A stretch of 64,000 nt of DNA from an uncultured Bacilli bacterium (GCA_934167885.1 CAKPMB010000001.1:16615-80614); one strand, 5' to 3'. Shown: positions 33,885 to 44,138, counted from the first letter of the stretch. Notes: generated by a model from the sequence alone, not told the origin. Translations and numbers: made by a program.

Positions 33885-36224
33885 CTATTTACCTCCCTTA
33901 TACAATGCATTTGCCATTTTCATTATATCTTGTAAATTATAACTACCATCAAGGTTATAATCAGCAGCTTTTAAATATGCCCCACTTAAAATATTTTTAT
34001 TTTTATAAACATAATTAGCCGTTTTCATAATATCAGACAACGTTAATTCCCCATCACCATTAGTATCACCTAAAACATATATATAATATTTTTTAGAATT
34101 AGTATCAATTATATAATCATTTGTAGCAAATTTATCATTATCAGTTTTAGTTACATTATTATTTGAATACACAACACCAGCAAAAAGATCCTTAATTTGA
34201 CCAACATTTGTTAGCTTATTAAATAATATATAAGGTGAACTAATAATTACGCTTATATCTTCAAGTTCTAAACCTGAATTAAGACTCTTAGCTTTATTAA
34301 CGTCAAAGTTACTTATATCCAATATTTTTAGACTTTTACACCCGACAAACATGGAACCCATATCAGTTACTTTACCCGTATTAAATTTACTTAAATCTAA
34401 CTCTGTTAAACTTTTGCAGCCATAAAACATGGAACCCATATTAGTCACTTTGCTTGTATCAAAATTACTTAAATCTAAATTTGTTAGACCATTGCAGCCA
34501 TAAAACATGTAACCCATATTAGTCACTTGGCTTGTGTCAAAATTACTTATATCTAAATTTGTTAGACCATTGCAGTCATAAAACATAGCATACATATTAG
34601 TCACTTGGCTTGTATTAAAATTACTTATATCTAAATTTGTTAGACCATTGCAGTCATAAAACATGTGACTCATATTAGTCACTTGGCTTGTGTTAAAATT
34701 ACTTATATCTAAATTCGTTAGACCTTTGCAGTCCTCAAACATGTAACCCATATTAGTCACTTGACTTGTATTAAAATTACTTATATCTAAATTTGTTAGA
34801 CCTTTGCAGTCATAAAACATGTGACTCATATTAGTCACTTGGCTTGTGTTAAAATTACTTATATCTAAATTCGTTAGACCTTTGCAGTACTCAAACATGT
34901 AACCCATATTAGTCACTTGGCTTGTATCAAAATTACTTAAATCTAATTTTTTTAAACCACTGCAACCACGAAACATGTATTTCATATCAGTCACTTGGCT
35001 CGTATTAAACTTACTTACATCCAAACTTGTTAGACTACCGCAGTCACGAAACATGTAACTCATATCAGTTACTTGACTCGTATTAAAATTGCTTATATCT
35101 AATTTTGTTAAAATACCACAGTCACGAAACATGTAACTCATATCAGTCACTTGACTCGTATTAAAATTGCTTATATCTAAATTCGTTAGACCTTTGCAGT
35201 ACTCAAACATGGAACCCATATTAGTCACTTGGCTCGTATCAAAATTACTTATATCTAAATTTGTTAAACTTTTACAGTCACGAAACATGCATTTCATATC
35301 AGTCACTTGGCTTGTGTTAAAATTGCTTATATCTAAATTCGTTAGATCACTGCAGTTATAAAACATGTGACTCATATCAGTCACTTGACTCGTATTAAAA
35401 TTGCTTATATCTAAATTCGTTAGACCTTTGCAGTACTCAAACATGTTACTCATATTAGTCACTTGGCTCGTATTAAACTTACTTACATCCAAACTTGTTA
35501 GACTACTGCAGTCCAAAAACATGCCAACCATAACAGTTACTTTACTCGTATTAAAACTACTTATATCCAAATTTGTTAGACCATTGCAGTAACAAAACAT
35601 GGAACCCATATTAGTCACTTGGCTTGTATTAAAATTACTTAAATCTAAATTGGTTAAACTTCCGCAGTCCCAAAACATGGAACCCATATTAGTTACTTGA
35701 CTCGTATCAAAATTACTTAAATCTAAATTGGTTAAACCACTGCAGTAACAAAACATGTGACTCATATTAGTCACTTGGCTTGTATCTATGTTATTAAAAT
35801 TAATAGTTTTTAAATTTTTCCATCCATAAAATAAGCTATTACCAGTACTCAAATATATCTTATCAACACTTGCTACATACAAAACATATTTACTTTTATC
35901 ACTCGAAAGAGGTTCTAACCAACCAAGAACTTTAATAGTAGCGTAATAAGTTAAATCCACTTTAATACTTGCTTTATTGTATCTCGTATTTATATTTTGT
36001 TCTGTATCTTTAATAAAGTTAACTTCTACAATGTTTTCTTTTTGATCAGTTATTAATCTAGGAAAAGTTCCCATCATAGCTCCTTCAAAAGGCACTGTAG
36101 CACTATAAGAATCTTTTATACCAACTACCAGCATCATCATTAGTATAAATATGGAAAGTATCATTGATGTTGTATTTATCCTCCCTTTTAATGATATTTT
36201 TCTTTTCTTAAACCAATCCTTCAT
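33885..36224 (-). CDS. Secreted DUF285 / BspA-type leucine-rich-repeat protein with a C-terminal dockerin module
   Basis: Signal peptide, then 19 tandem 26-aa repeats (C.gLtnLDiSNFNTSqVTnMs.MF.d) and a beta-rich region. It ends in a duplicated Ca-binding dockerin motif DTNGDGELTLSDIMKTANYV...ADYNLDGSYNLQDIMKMANAL. Confidence 0.7.
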   Translation of the reverse strand: MKDWFKKRKISLKGRINTTSMILSIFILMMMLVVGIKDSYSATVPFEGAMMGTFPRLITDQKENIVEVNFIKDTEQNINTRYNKASIKVDLTYYATIKVLGWLEPLSSDKSKYVLYVASVDKIYLSTGNSLFYGWKNLKTINFNNIDTSQVTNMSHMFCYCSGLTNLDLSNFDTSQVTNMGSMFWDCGSLTNLDLSNFNTSQVTNMGSMFCYCNGLTNLDISSFNTSKVTVMVGMFLDCSSLTSLDVSKFNTSQVTNMSNMFEYCKGLTNLDISNFNTSQVTDMSHMFYNCSDLTNLDISNFNTSQVTDMKCMFRDCKSLTNLDISNFDTSQVTNMGSMFEYCKGLTNLDISNFNTSQVTDMSYMFRDCGILTKLDISNFNTSQVTDMSYMFRDCGSLTSLDVSKFNTSQVTDMKYMFRGCSGLKKLDLSNFDTSQVTNMGYMFEYCKGLTNLDISNFNTSQVTNMSHMFYDCKGLTNLDISNFNTSQVTNMGYMFEDCKGLTNLDISNFNTSQVTNMSHMFYDCNGLTNLDISNFNTSQVTNMYAMFYDCNGLTNLDISNFDTSQVTNMGYMFYGCNGLTNLDLSNFDTSKVTNMGSMFYGCKSLTELDLSKFNTGKVTDMGSMFVGCKSLKILDISNFDVNKAKSLNSGLELEDISVIISSPYILFNKLTNVGQIKDLFAGVVYSNNNVTKTDNDKFATNDYIIDTNSKKYYIYVLGDTNGDGELTLSDIMKTANYVYKNKNILSGAYLKAADYNLDGSYNLQDIMKMANALYKGGK
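34380..35840. repeat. About 19 tandem 78-bp DNA repeats encoding the LRR units
   Basis: Near-identical 78-bp units recur in direct sequence (e.g. gacctttgcagtc.taaaacatgt.actcatattagtcacttggcttgt.ttaaaattacttatatctaaatt.gtta). The plus-strand shadow ORFs at 35167-35361 and 35401-35592 are nearly identical to each other. Confidence 0.8.
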
Positions 36225-36285
36225 ACTATACCTCTTATTATATTTTTATGATATCACATCGTTTGTCGTATTTCAATTTGTTTAT

Positions 36286-36308
36286 AAAAAAAATAAGGTC
36301 TCCCTTAT
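36286..36308 (-). terminator. Rho-independent terminator after the lipoprotein gene
   Basis: Minus strand reads ATAAGG-gaga-CCTTAT followed by a U8 run. The hairpin overlaps the stop codon. Confidence 0.5.
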
Positions 36309-37324
36309 TTTAATGACGATACTGTTATTAATGATTCTGCTACTTTAATTAATTCATTTTGATTCATAACATCACTTACAATGTAATATTCAATACCATT
36401 ACTAACCCAATTTAATGAATTGCTTGAAAGGGACGCTACTGTATCTAATAGCATATATGGTTCGCCATATGTTGGCACAACCGTTAATTCATCATTAACC
36501 ACTGCTACTTCTTCTACTAACGTAAATGATTTATTTCCACCAAACGTTAGAATAATACGTTCCCCATCGGTTTTAGAAACTTTTTCTTCTTTTGTTAGAG
36601 ATGTTCCCGTTGGAACATAAAGTGGATAAATTATATCATCAAGTGTTGATGTTTTTTCTGATTTATCACTACTATTCTTATTATCATCTTGTTGATTACT
36701 TTCATTAATTATACTATTTATTTCAAAATAATTTTCATCATAATTTGGTTTATAGTTAACTGAATCAATAGTAAATATCATGTATGGATTATTATCTTTA
36801 TCTAATACTTCAACTTTTCTAAATATCAAATCATTATCAACTTCTACTCTTTGTTTAACTAAGTTTTCATTATTTGGATAATTAACAGAACTTTCAATTA
36901 TATAATTACCATTATCTTCATAAACTTTACTATTTTTATCATTACATATGTCATTCATTATATTCTCTAGAATATAAACTTGTGAATTATTATTTGGCCA
37001 TTCACTTTGAAATTTAAAACTTTTATTAAGTGATGGTGTAACAACATAAACCCCGTCATCATTTTTTAAAATAATTTGTTCATGGTTATTGGCAATATTT
37101 TTAAGTGATACTTTATATTTATCATTTTCTTTATAATCAACTGAAACTCGATAATTAAAAGTATTATCATTATTAACTATTTCTAGATTACCTTCTAGTT
37201 TATAACTTTTTAAATTTTTAACTTTATTATCTAAGTTTTTTACAACATTACCTGTATTATTTTTTCCACATCCTGTTATAAATATACCAATAAGTAATAA
37301 ACATAAAATTACCTTTCTTTTCAT
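36305..37324 (-). CDS. Lipoprotein of unknown function
   Basis: Lipobox LLIGIFITGC. The first half is N/K/D-rich and beta-rich, possibly LolA-like. The second half is an acidic low-complexity stretch followed by a small C-terminal domain. Confidence 0.6.
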   Translation of the reverse strand: MKRKVILCLLLIGIFITGCGKNNTGNVVKNLDNKVKNLKSYKLEGNLEIVNNDNTFNYRVSVDYKENDKYKVSLKNIANNHEQIILKNDDGVYVVTPSLNKSFKFQSEWPNNNSQVYILENIMNDICNDKNSKVYEDNGNYIIESSVNYPNNENLVKQRVEVDNDLIFRKVEVLDKDNNPYMIFTIDSVNYKPNYDENYFEINSIINESNQQDDNKNSSDKSEKTSTLDDIIYPLYVPTGTSLTKEEKVSKTDGERIILTFGGNKSFTLVEEVAVVNDELTVVPTYGEPYMLLDTVASLSSNSLNWVSNGIEYYIVSDVMNQNELIKVAESLITVSSLK

Positions 37325-37420
37325 AAAACCTCAACTTTCATTTAATTATATTATTATCTAATACAAATATTCATGAATAAAATAAATTTTTTAGGCTAAT
37401 ATAATAATGATAGGAGGAAT

Positions 37421-37618
37421 ATGGAAACATTACAAAAAACAGCACTAGTTTTAACAATAATTGGCGCGATTAACTGGGGATTAGTTGGAATATTTAATTT
37501 TGACCTAGTAGCTTTTATTTTTAAAGAAATGAGTGTTATGACAAGAATAATATATACACTTGTATGTATTGCTGGCTTAATAAATATTGGTCTTTTATTT
37601 AAGCATTTTAAAGACTAA
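37421..37618 (+). CDS. DUF378-family small membrane protein
   Basis: 65 aa, two TM helices. The TIIGAINWGLVGIFNFDLV motif is characteristic of DUF378. Good -10 element and TAGGAGGAAT RBS. Confidence 0.6.
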   Translation: METLQKTALVLTIIGAINWGLVGIFNFDLVAFIFKEMSVMTRIIYTLVCIAGLINIGLLFKHFKD

Positions 37619-37651
37619 AAAAATACGTTTAAGCGTATTTTTATTTTATTT
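37617..37651. terminator. Bidirectional rho-independent terminator between the convergent DUF378 gene and ung
   Basis: Stem AAATACG/CGTATTT with loop TTTAAG, flanked by an A-run on one side and a T-run on the other. Confidence 0.5.
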
Positions 37652-38318
37652 GCCAATCAATAGGCTCCATATGATTTTTTATTAAAAATTCGTTAGTTTT
37701 AGAAAATGGTCGACTTCCAAAGAAGCCATTATAAGCTGATAAAGGTGATGGATGGACTGATTCTAAAACTAAATGACGAGGATTTGTAATTAGTTTTTTC
37801 TTACTACGAGCGAAACCTCCCCATAAAATGAAGACAACGGGGGTTTCTTTTTCATTTATTTTGCGAATTACTTCATCCGTAAATGTTTCCCAGCCAATTC
37901 CTCGCATTGAAGCAGGCGAATCTTTAACAACAGTTAACACTGCGTTTAAAAGTAAGACTCCTTCTTTAGCCCAACTGTGTAGACTACCACTCATAGAAAT
38001 ATCTATATGTAAGTCATCATATAACTCTTTATAAATATTAATTAAACTTGGTGGACGTTTAACACCCTTAGGAACAGAGAAAGATAATCCTTCTGCTTCG
38101 CCAACACCATGATATGGATCTTGTCCTAAAATAACAACTTTAACATCTTTATATGGAGTATAACGAAAAGCCTTAAATACTTCATCTTTTGGTGGAAAAA
38201 TTGTTTGTTGACTATATTTTTTTTGAACACTTTTCAATAATTCATAAAAATAATCTTTATTATATTCATCTCTTAATACTATATCCCAATCATTACCTAT
38301 TAATTTTGGTTCTCTCAT
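37641..38318 (-). CDS. ung: Uracil-DNA glycosylase, family 1
   Basis: VVILGQDPYHG and HPSPLSA motifs. 225 aa. Confidence 0.9.
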   Translation of the reverse strand: MREPKLIGNDWDIVLRDEYNKDYFYELLKSVQKKYSQQTIFPPKDEVFKAFRYTPYKDVKVVILGQDPYHGVGEAEGLSFSVPKGVKRPPSLINIYKELYDDLHIDISMSGSLHSWAKEGVLLLNAVLTVVKDSPASMRGIGWETFTDEVIRKINEKETPVVFILWGGFARSKKKLITNPRHLVLESVHPSPLSAYNGFFGSRPFSKTNEFLIKNHMEPIDWQIK

Positions 38319-39600
38319 AATAATTGTACTCCTCTTCTACATCTTTTCTTAATAATAAAATGGCAATAATATTTAAAATTGCTAGTATACCAACCCCAAT
38401 ATCAACTAAATCCCAAAGGGATGATGGACGAGCGATAGCACCATATAAAATAATAAGGGCAACAGCGACTTTTAAAATTAATAATTTTTTATCATCCATG
38501 TTTTTAAATAAATATTTAATATTACTCTCACCATAATAATAGCCCGAAACAACAGTTGAAAAAGCGAAGGTTACAATAGCTAGTAAAAGCATAATATTAC
38601 CTTTAGGACCTAACTCATTAACTAAAGCCGATTGCACGATCTCAATACCATTAACATTGCTAAAGTCATTTAAGTTAACATTACTAACTAAAATTATTAA
38701 AGCGGTGGAAGTGCAAACAATAAAAGTCGTAAAATATACCCCAATCATTTGTAACATACCTTGTTTAATTGGTGAATCAGTATCACTTGTGCCACTAGCA
38801 CATGCACCTGTACCAATACCAGATTCACTTGAGAAAATCCCTCTTTGAACACCAATAATAATACTTGAAATTATGCCATAACCTAAAGCCTTAACATTAA
38901 AAGCAGCTTTAAAGATACTTATAAAAGCATTTGGAAGCATCGAAATGTTTTTAAAGATAACAATTAAACAAATAATTAAATAACCAATACCCATTATGGG
39001 AACAAGTTTTGATACAAAAGACGTAATACTTTTTAAACCTTTATAAATAATTAAAAAGCTTATTATAGCAACGACAATACCAGTTATTAAAACGGGCGTA
39101 TTAGTATAAGTATTAAAAGCTTTAGAAATTGTATTAGCTTGAATTGCTAAAAAGCCACCCAAGTAACATAAGGAAATAACAATAGCATAAATAACAGCCA
39201 TCTTTTTATAACCTAAACCTTTTTTAATATAATATGCAGGTCCACCTTTATAATACTTACCATCACGTTCACGATATTTAACGGCAAGAGCACTTTCAAC
39301 TAGAGTATTAGGTATCGTCATTAAAGCTGATAACCATATCCAGAAAATAACCCCAACACCACCCTTGTAAATACCTAAGGCTATTCCTGACAGACTACCG
39401 ACACCAATACGTGCAGCCATCGCTAGCGTTAACGTTTCAAATGGTGAAATAGCATTTTTGTCATTATTGTCTTTCGCTAAACTTTTAAACATACTTTTAA
39501 ATTTAAACTGTGGAAATTTAAGTTTAAATGTATAATACAAACCACATGCTGTTAAAAGAATAGTTGCAATACCCCAAACAATACTATTAATTTTGGCCAT
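38293..39600 (-). CDS. Alanine/glycine:cation symporter (AGCS family)
   Basis: About 11 TM helices. The N-terminal region (MAKINSIVWGIATILLT...FETLTLAMAARIGVGSLSGIA) matches the AGCS/AlsT family. It overlaps ung by 26 nt. Confidence 0.85.
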   Translation of the reverse strand: MAKINSIVWGIATILLTACGLYYTFKLKFPQFKFKSMFKSLAKDNNDKNAISPFETLTLAMAARIGVGSLSGIALGIYKGGVGVIFWIWLSALMTIPNTLVESALAVKYRERDGKYYKGGPAYYIKKGLGYKKMAVIYAIVISLCYLGGFLAIQANTISKAFNTYTNTPVLITGIVVAIISFLIIYKGLKSITSFVSKLVPIMGIGYLIICLIVIFKNISMLPNAFISIFKAAFNVKALGYGIISSIIIGVQRGIFSSESGIGTGACASGTSDTDSPIKQGMLQMIGVYFTTFIVCTSTALIILVSNVNLNDFSNVNGIEIVQSALVNELGPKGNIMLLLAIVTFAFSTVVSGYYYGESNIKYLFKNMDDKKLLILKVAVALIILYGAIARPSSLWDLVDIGVGILAILNIIAILLLRKDVEEEYNYYERTKINR

Positions 39601-39608
39601 ATATCCTC

Positions 39609-40061
39609 CTATTTATGGTATTTTTCATTATTTAATATTCTAAAACTTCGATAAATTTGTTCTAGAAGAATAACTCTAAAAAGTTGATGTGGAAAAGTCA
39701 TTTTGGAAAATGATAGAAGATAAGAACAACGTGATCTAACTTCATCATTAAAACCATAACTACCACCTATAATAAAGGTTATATTACTATTAATTTGAAA
39801 TATACTGTCGATTTTATTAGCAAAAGATACACTATCTAACATGTTACCTGAAATATCTAAACCTATATTGTAATCATTATTATTTATTACTCTTAATATT
39901 TCATCACTTTCTTTTTTAATAGTTTTATCTTTATCATATGCTTCATCTTTTAACTCTATAATCTCAATCTTAGTATATTTGCCTATTCTCTTTTTATACT
40001 CATTTATAGCATCATTATAAAACTTTTCTTTTACCTTACCAACACAAATAATTTTTATCAT
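39609..40061 (-). CDS. rlmH: 23S rRNA (pseudouridine1915-N3)-methyltransferase RlmH (SPOUT)
   Basis: MIKIICVGKVKEKF... ...IIGGSYGF...SFSKMTFPHQLFRVILLEQIYRSFRILNNEKYHK is the canonical RlmH/YbeA signature. Confidence 0.85.
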   Translation of the reverse strand: MIKIICVGKVKEKFYNDAINEYKKRIGKYTKIEIIELKDEAYDKDKTIKKESDEILRVINNNDYNIGLDISGNMLDSVSFANKIDSIFQINSNITFIIGGSYGFNDEVRSRCSYLLSFSKMTFPHQLFRVILLEQIYRSFRILNNEKYHK

Positions 40062-40822
40062 TATACTTCTCCTAAATCAAGACTTTCATCTTGTGATGCC
40101 ACTAATAATTCTATATTTGTAAATTTATCACCAATTATATCTTTAATTGTATTAAAAGCGATTTCATGCCTATTATTTGTTTCACTTAAGTGTGCTAGAA
40201 CTACTTTTTTGGTATTTATTCCAATAAGTTGACTTAAATATTCACCTGCTAGTTCATTGGATAAATGGCCTTTATCACTTAAAACGCGTTGTTTTAGAAT
40301 ATAAGGATATGGTCCTTCCATAAGCATTTCAATATCGTGATTGCTTTCAAAAATATAAGCATTTTTGTCCATTAATAGTTCGAGATTTTTATGGCTGATA
40401 TAACCAGTATCAGTCACATAAACGAGTGATTTATGATTATTTTCAACAATAAAACCAACTGATCCAACACTATCATGTGAAGTATTAAATTGAGTAATAT
40501 TAAAAGGACCTATTGCGAATTCTTCTAAAGTAAGAACTAAGCATTCTTCATCAATTATTTCAACTAATTGATCATATATTAATTTATTTACATAAACTTT
40601 CGTATGATTTTTTTTAACAAAACTACTTAAACCAAGAATATGGTCTTTATGCATATGGGTTATTAAAATACCATCAATATCATATGGTGTTAAATTATAT
40701 TTCTCTAATAGAGCTTTCATTTTGGGATAAGAAAAACCAACATCGATTAACAATTTGGTTTTCTCATCTAAAATTAAGGTTGAATTACCTTTAGAACCGC
40801 TCCCTAAAACTAAAGCACGCAT
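40061..40822 (-). CDS. MBL-fold metallo-hydrolase (YycJ/WalJ-like)
   Basis: MRALVLGSGSKGNSTLI...ILITHMHKDHILGL carries the HxHxDH motif. About 253 aa. Positioned just before rlmH as in the B. subtilis yycJ-...-rlmH region. Confidence 0.75.
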   Translation of the reverse strand: MRALVLGSGSKGNSTLILDEKTKLLIDVGFSYPKMKALLEKYNLTPYDIDGILITHMHKDHILGLSSFVKKNHTKVYVNKLIYDQLVEIIDEECLVLTLEEFAIGPFNITQFNTSHDSVGSVGFIVENNHKSLVYVTDTGYISHKNLELLMDKNAYIFESNHDIEMLMEGPYPYILKQRVLSDKGHLSNELAGEYLSQLIGINTKKVVLAHLSETNNRHEIAFNTIKDIIGDKFTNIELLVASQDESLDLGEV

Positions 40823-42357
40823 TAGTAGAATAACAATGGGTTATAAGATGTTCCACCATTATATGGTTGGCCATACCAAATACCAAAGTGTAAGTGTGGT
40901 CCTGTTGTAAAACCACTATTACCCATATCTCCTATTACTGTTCCTGCTTTAACGTAATCGCCTACTTTAACATATTTAGCAGCACTTGAATTATAACTAG
41001 AATTTTTAACACTGTTCCCATGATCATTTAACATATGTAAGTAATGTGAATAGTAACCATTATCATGTTTTAATTCAACAAAGTAACCACCACTATTCAT
41101 CCAACCCATACGTGTTACGACACCATCACGAGCAGCATATATTGGTGAACCTAAACCTGTTCCACATATATCTAGACCAGCATGTAATTTTCCCCAACGC
41201 CATCCATAACGACTTGAAATAATATACGGAATATTTGTTGGCCATACCCATTCACCATCACCACGCTTAGATTGCCATCCACCACGTTCAACAATCTTTT
41301 CAACCATCGGCACAATCTCATCACTTGAGACGATAACGGCACTGATAATTTGGCCATTAATCATTTTGACTTTCTGAGTTACACGGGTAACACCATTAAC
41401 ACCTTCTTGTAAGGTTTTTGTATAACCAATTGGTTTATTATTATTATACTTAGATGTTGTTTTATATTTAACTGTTTGGTCAGTAACAACGTGTTTTTCA
41501 ACAATCGTGGTAAATATTGGTGATAATGTTCCGATATTTAATTTTTGACCTACATAAAGAAGCGATGTTTCACTCTTTAAAGTTTCACTGTTAGCGATTA
41601 ATAATTCATTAACACTCATCTTATTATCATTAGAAATCTCTTCAATCGTATCACCAGCTTTAACAACATATGTGCCATCCTCTGAGTGATTACCAAAGAT
41701 TAAATACCTTGTTAATTCATCTTCATCCATATAAATATCATCTGATACCGTAATATAAGCTTCTTTGATAGTTATTTTATCTTCAATATAAATGTCTTCT
41801 ATTAATTGACCAGTTGTTTCAATAACAATCTGTTCATCTTTCAAGAAAGCATCATAATCTTCAGACGATACAAATGACAAAATAACATTTTTAACAGCCT
41901 TAACAAAGATATCTTTATTTAATACTGCTAATTTAATAATTTTAGGCGTATCAGAAGCTACGTTATCATCATTTTCATATACTGTTGAATTAGTTTTATC
42001 GATAGTTATTTCATACCCTTTAATAGTCCATGGTGCAATATCATTTATTTTGTTATATATATCTTGAATACTTGATAAATTATCATCATACGTAACATCT
42101 TTAACAATATCAATGTCATTGGGTATATAAATTTTATCAACATTGTATTTTTGTTTTAATTTTTCTTGTTGAAGATTTATATAATCTTCAAGTTCACTAC
42201 GACTTTTAATAAGTCCAATATCTTTACCTTCTAGATATACTCTATATGCAATAGTTGGTTCATTATAACTTGCTGTGCTTTGAAAATAAACTATTGCAAA
42301 GCTACACATAGCAGTGATAAAAAGAATAAAGACATTTTTTACACTCACACACATCAC
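40822..42357 (-). CDS. M23-family metallopeptidase with a LysM domain
   Basis: N-terminal TM, a LysM segment (YVVKAGDTIEEISNDNKMSVNELLIANSE) and a C-terminal M23 domain (HAGLDI...HYLHM...GFTTGPHLHFGIW). Confidence 0.8.
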   Translation of the reverse strand: MMCVSVKNVFILFITAMCSFAIVYFQSTASYNEPTIAYRVYLEGKDIGLIKSRSELEDYINLQQEKLKQKYNVDKIYIPNDIDIVKDVTYDDNLSSIQDIYNKINDIAPWTIKGYEITIDKTNSTVYENDDNVASDTPKIIKLAVLNKDIFVKAVKNVILSFVSSEDYDAFLKDEQIVIETTGQLIEDIYIEDKITIKEAYITVSDDIYMDEDELTRYLIFGNHSEDGTYVVKAGDTIEEISNDNKMSVNELLIANSETLKSETSLLYVGQKLNIGTLSPIFTTIVEKHVVTDQTVKYKTTSKYNNNKPIGYTKTLQEGVNGVTRVTQKVKMINGQIISAVIVSSDEIVPMVEKIVERGGWQSKRGDGEWVWPTNIPYIISSRYGWRWGKLHAGLDICGTGLGSPIYAARDGVVTRMGWMNSGGYFVELKHDNGYYSHYLHMLNDHGNSVKNSSYNSSAAKYVKVGDYVKAGTVIGDMGNSGFTTGPHLHFGIWYGQPYNGGTSYNPLLFY

Positions 42358-43691
42358 CCTTCTTCTTTAGCATAATTTAAGAAAGAACATGTATCTCCCT
42401 TAAATATTAATTTAATTGTTCCGGTTCTTCCATTACGATGCTTACCAATAATTACTTCTGATTCACTGGCATTTGTCGTTTCGGTCTCTTGTTTTTTATA
42501 GTATGAATCACGATATAAAAAAGCTACTATATCGGCATCTTGTTCGATAGAACCAGACTCACGCAAATCACTCATAAGTGGTCGTTTATCTTCTCTTAAT
42601 TCAACATTACGCGATAATTGAGATAAAGCAATAACAGGCACATTTAATTCCATAGCCATCAACTTTAAAGCACGTGATATATCTGAAACTTCTTGTTGAC
42701 GGTTACTACCATAATTCTTACCACCACTTACCAATTGTAAATAATCAATAATAATCATACCTAAGCCATCTTCACTACTTGCAAGACGACGACATTTACT
42801 TCTTATTTCACCTATCGTAATACCAGGAGTATCACTTATATAAATTTTAGCATTTTCAAGTTGACTAATAGCTTCATTTAATCTTGCCCAATCACTATTA
42901 TCTAAGTTACCAGACATAAATTTACGTCCTTCAATTTGACCAACACTTGATAACATACGATTAGCAAGTTGTTCAGCTCCCATTTCCAAGTTAAAAATAG
43001 CAACGCTTTTATTAGTATGCATACCAACATAGGTAGCAATATTTAAAGCAAACAGTGTTTTACCCATAGCAGGACGAGCTGCTACAATTATTAATTGATT
43101 TTCATGAAAACCTGATGTCATATTATCTAAATCATACCAACCAGTTGGTATACCAGTAACTTCACCTTTAGATTGTGATAATCTCTCTAAATTCTCGGAA
43201 GCAGTATACAAAATATCTTTAAAACTACGAAATTCAGAACTACGTTTATTTTTAACAACATCCAAAATCTTCTTTTCAGATTCATCTAAAACGTCACCTA
43301 CATCATCAGTAGTATCATAGCCCATATTTTGAATTTCTTCCGCCGTTTTAATTAGTCTTCTTAAAAGAGCAGCGTCAGATACTTTTTGAATATAATATTC
43401 TACATTTGCTGCCACTGCCTCACTATTTAAAACTTCAGTTAAATAAGGAATACCACCTATATCATTTAATTTATCATTACTTTTTAATTCTGAAACAACA
43501 CTAGTCACATCAATTGGTTGATTAGTTGATGCTAAATGAATTAAAGTTTTAAATATTATTCGATTACTATCATAGTAAAAAGAATCTTCATCTAAGCTAT
43601 CATTTGCTTTATCAAGAGCATATTTAGAAATAAACATTGATGATAATAAAGCCTTTTCTGCCTCTTGATTATTAGGAATACTTCTTGCCAT
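42354..43691 (-). CDS. dnaB: Replicative DNA helicase
   Basis: DnaB N-terminal domain (QEAEKALLSSMF), Walker A in AARPAMGKT, and an overall RecA-like fold. 445 aa. Confidence 0.9.
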   Translation of the reverse strand: MARSIPNNQEAEKALLSSMFISKYALDKANDSLDEDSFYYDSNRIIFKTLIHLASTNQPIDVTSVVSELKSNDKLNDIGGIPYLTEVLNSEAVAANVEYYIQKVSDAALLRRLIKTAEEIQNMGYDTTDDVGDVLDESEKKILDVVKNKRSSEFRSFKDILYTASENLERLSQSKGEVTGIPTGWYDLDNMTSGFHENQLIIVAARPAMGKTLFALNIATYVGMHTNKSVAIFNLEMGAEQLANRMLSSVGQIEGRKFMSGNLDNSDWARLNEAISQLENAKIYISDTPGITIGEIRSKCRRLASSEDGLGMIIIDYLQLVSGGKNYGSNRQQEVSDISRALKLMAMELNVPVIALSQLSRNVELREDKRPLMSDLRESGSIEQDADIVAFLYRDSYYKKQETETTNASESEVIIGKHRNGRTGTIKLIFKGDTCSFLNYAKEEG

Positions 43692-43697
43692 AATAAT

Positions 43698-44138
43698 CTA
43701 CTCCTTAATAACTTCTACTTTAACTAAAGCTTTAATATCTTTATAAAGATTAATATAAACATCATGATAACCAAAACAATTAATACTTTCTGTTTCTATT
43801 TGTTTCTTATCAAAATTATAGCCTTTTTTCTCTAATTCTTCTTTTATTTGTTTTGAACTTATACTACCAAACATTTTATCCATTGAACCTGCTTTAGCAT
43901 GAAAAGTTAAAACTACTTTTGATAATTTTTCTTTTTCTTTTAAGGCTTCTTTTCTATTTTGGTCATCAGCTAAACGTTCTTTTTCATTTTGGGCATTTAA
44001 TTTATTTAAACTACCTTGTGTTTTTTTAATAGCAATGCCTTTTTTTATTAAATAGTTAATAGCATAACCATCACTGACTTCTTTAATTTCACCTTTTTGA
44101 CCTTGACCTTTTAAATCTTTTAAGAATATTACTTGCAT
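43698..44138 (-). CDS. rplI: 50S ribosomal protein L9
   Basis: [37 protein letters not shown]... is a canonical L9. Confidence 0.9.
   Translation of the reverse strand: MQVIFLKDLKGQGQKGEIKEVSDGYAINYLIKKGIAIKKTQGSLNKLNAQNEKERLADDQNRKEALKEKEKLSKVVLTFHAKAGSMDKMFGSISSKQIKEELEKKGYNFDKKQIETESINCFGYHDVYINLYKDIKALVKVEVIKE

Noticed and set aside
35167-35592. Two nearly identical plus-strand ORFs (MLISKFVRPLQYSNM…) in the LRR repeat region
   Set aside because: They are antisense read-outs of the 78-bp tandem repeats. Their near-identity simply reflects the DNA repeat.
34380-35840. Regular direct repeats considered as a CRISPR array
   Set aside because: The repeats are contiguous 78-bp coding units within one ORF with no unique spacers and no cas genes.
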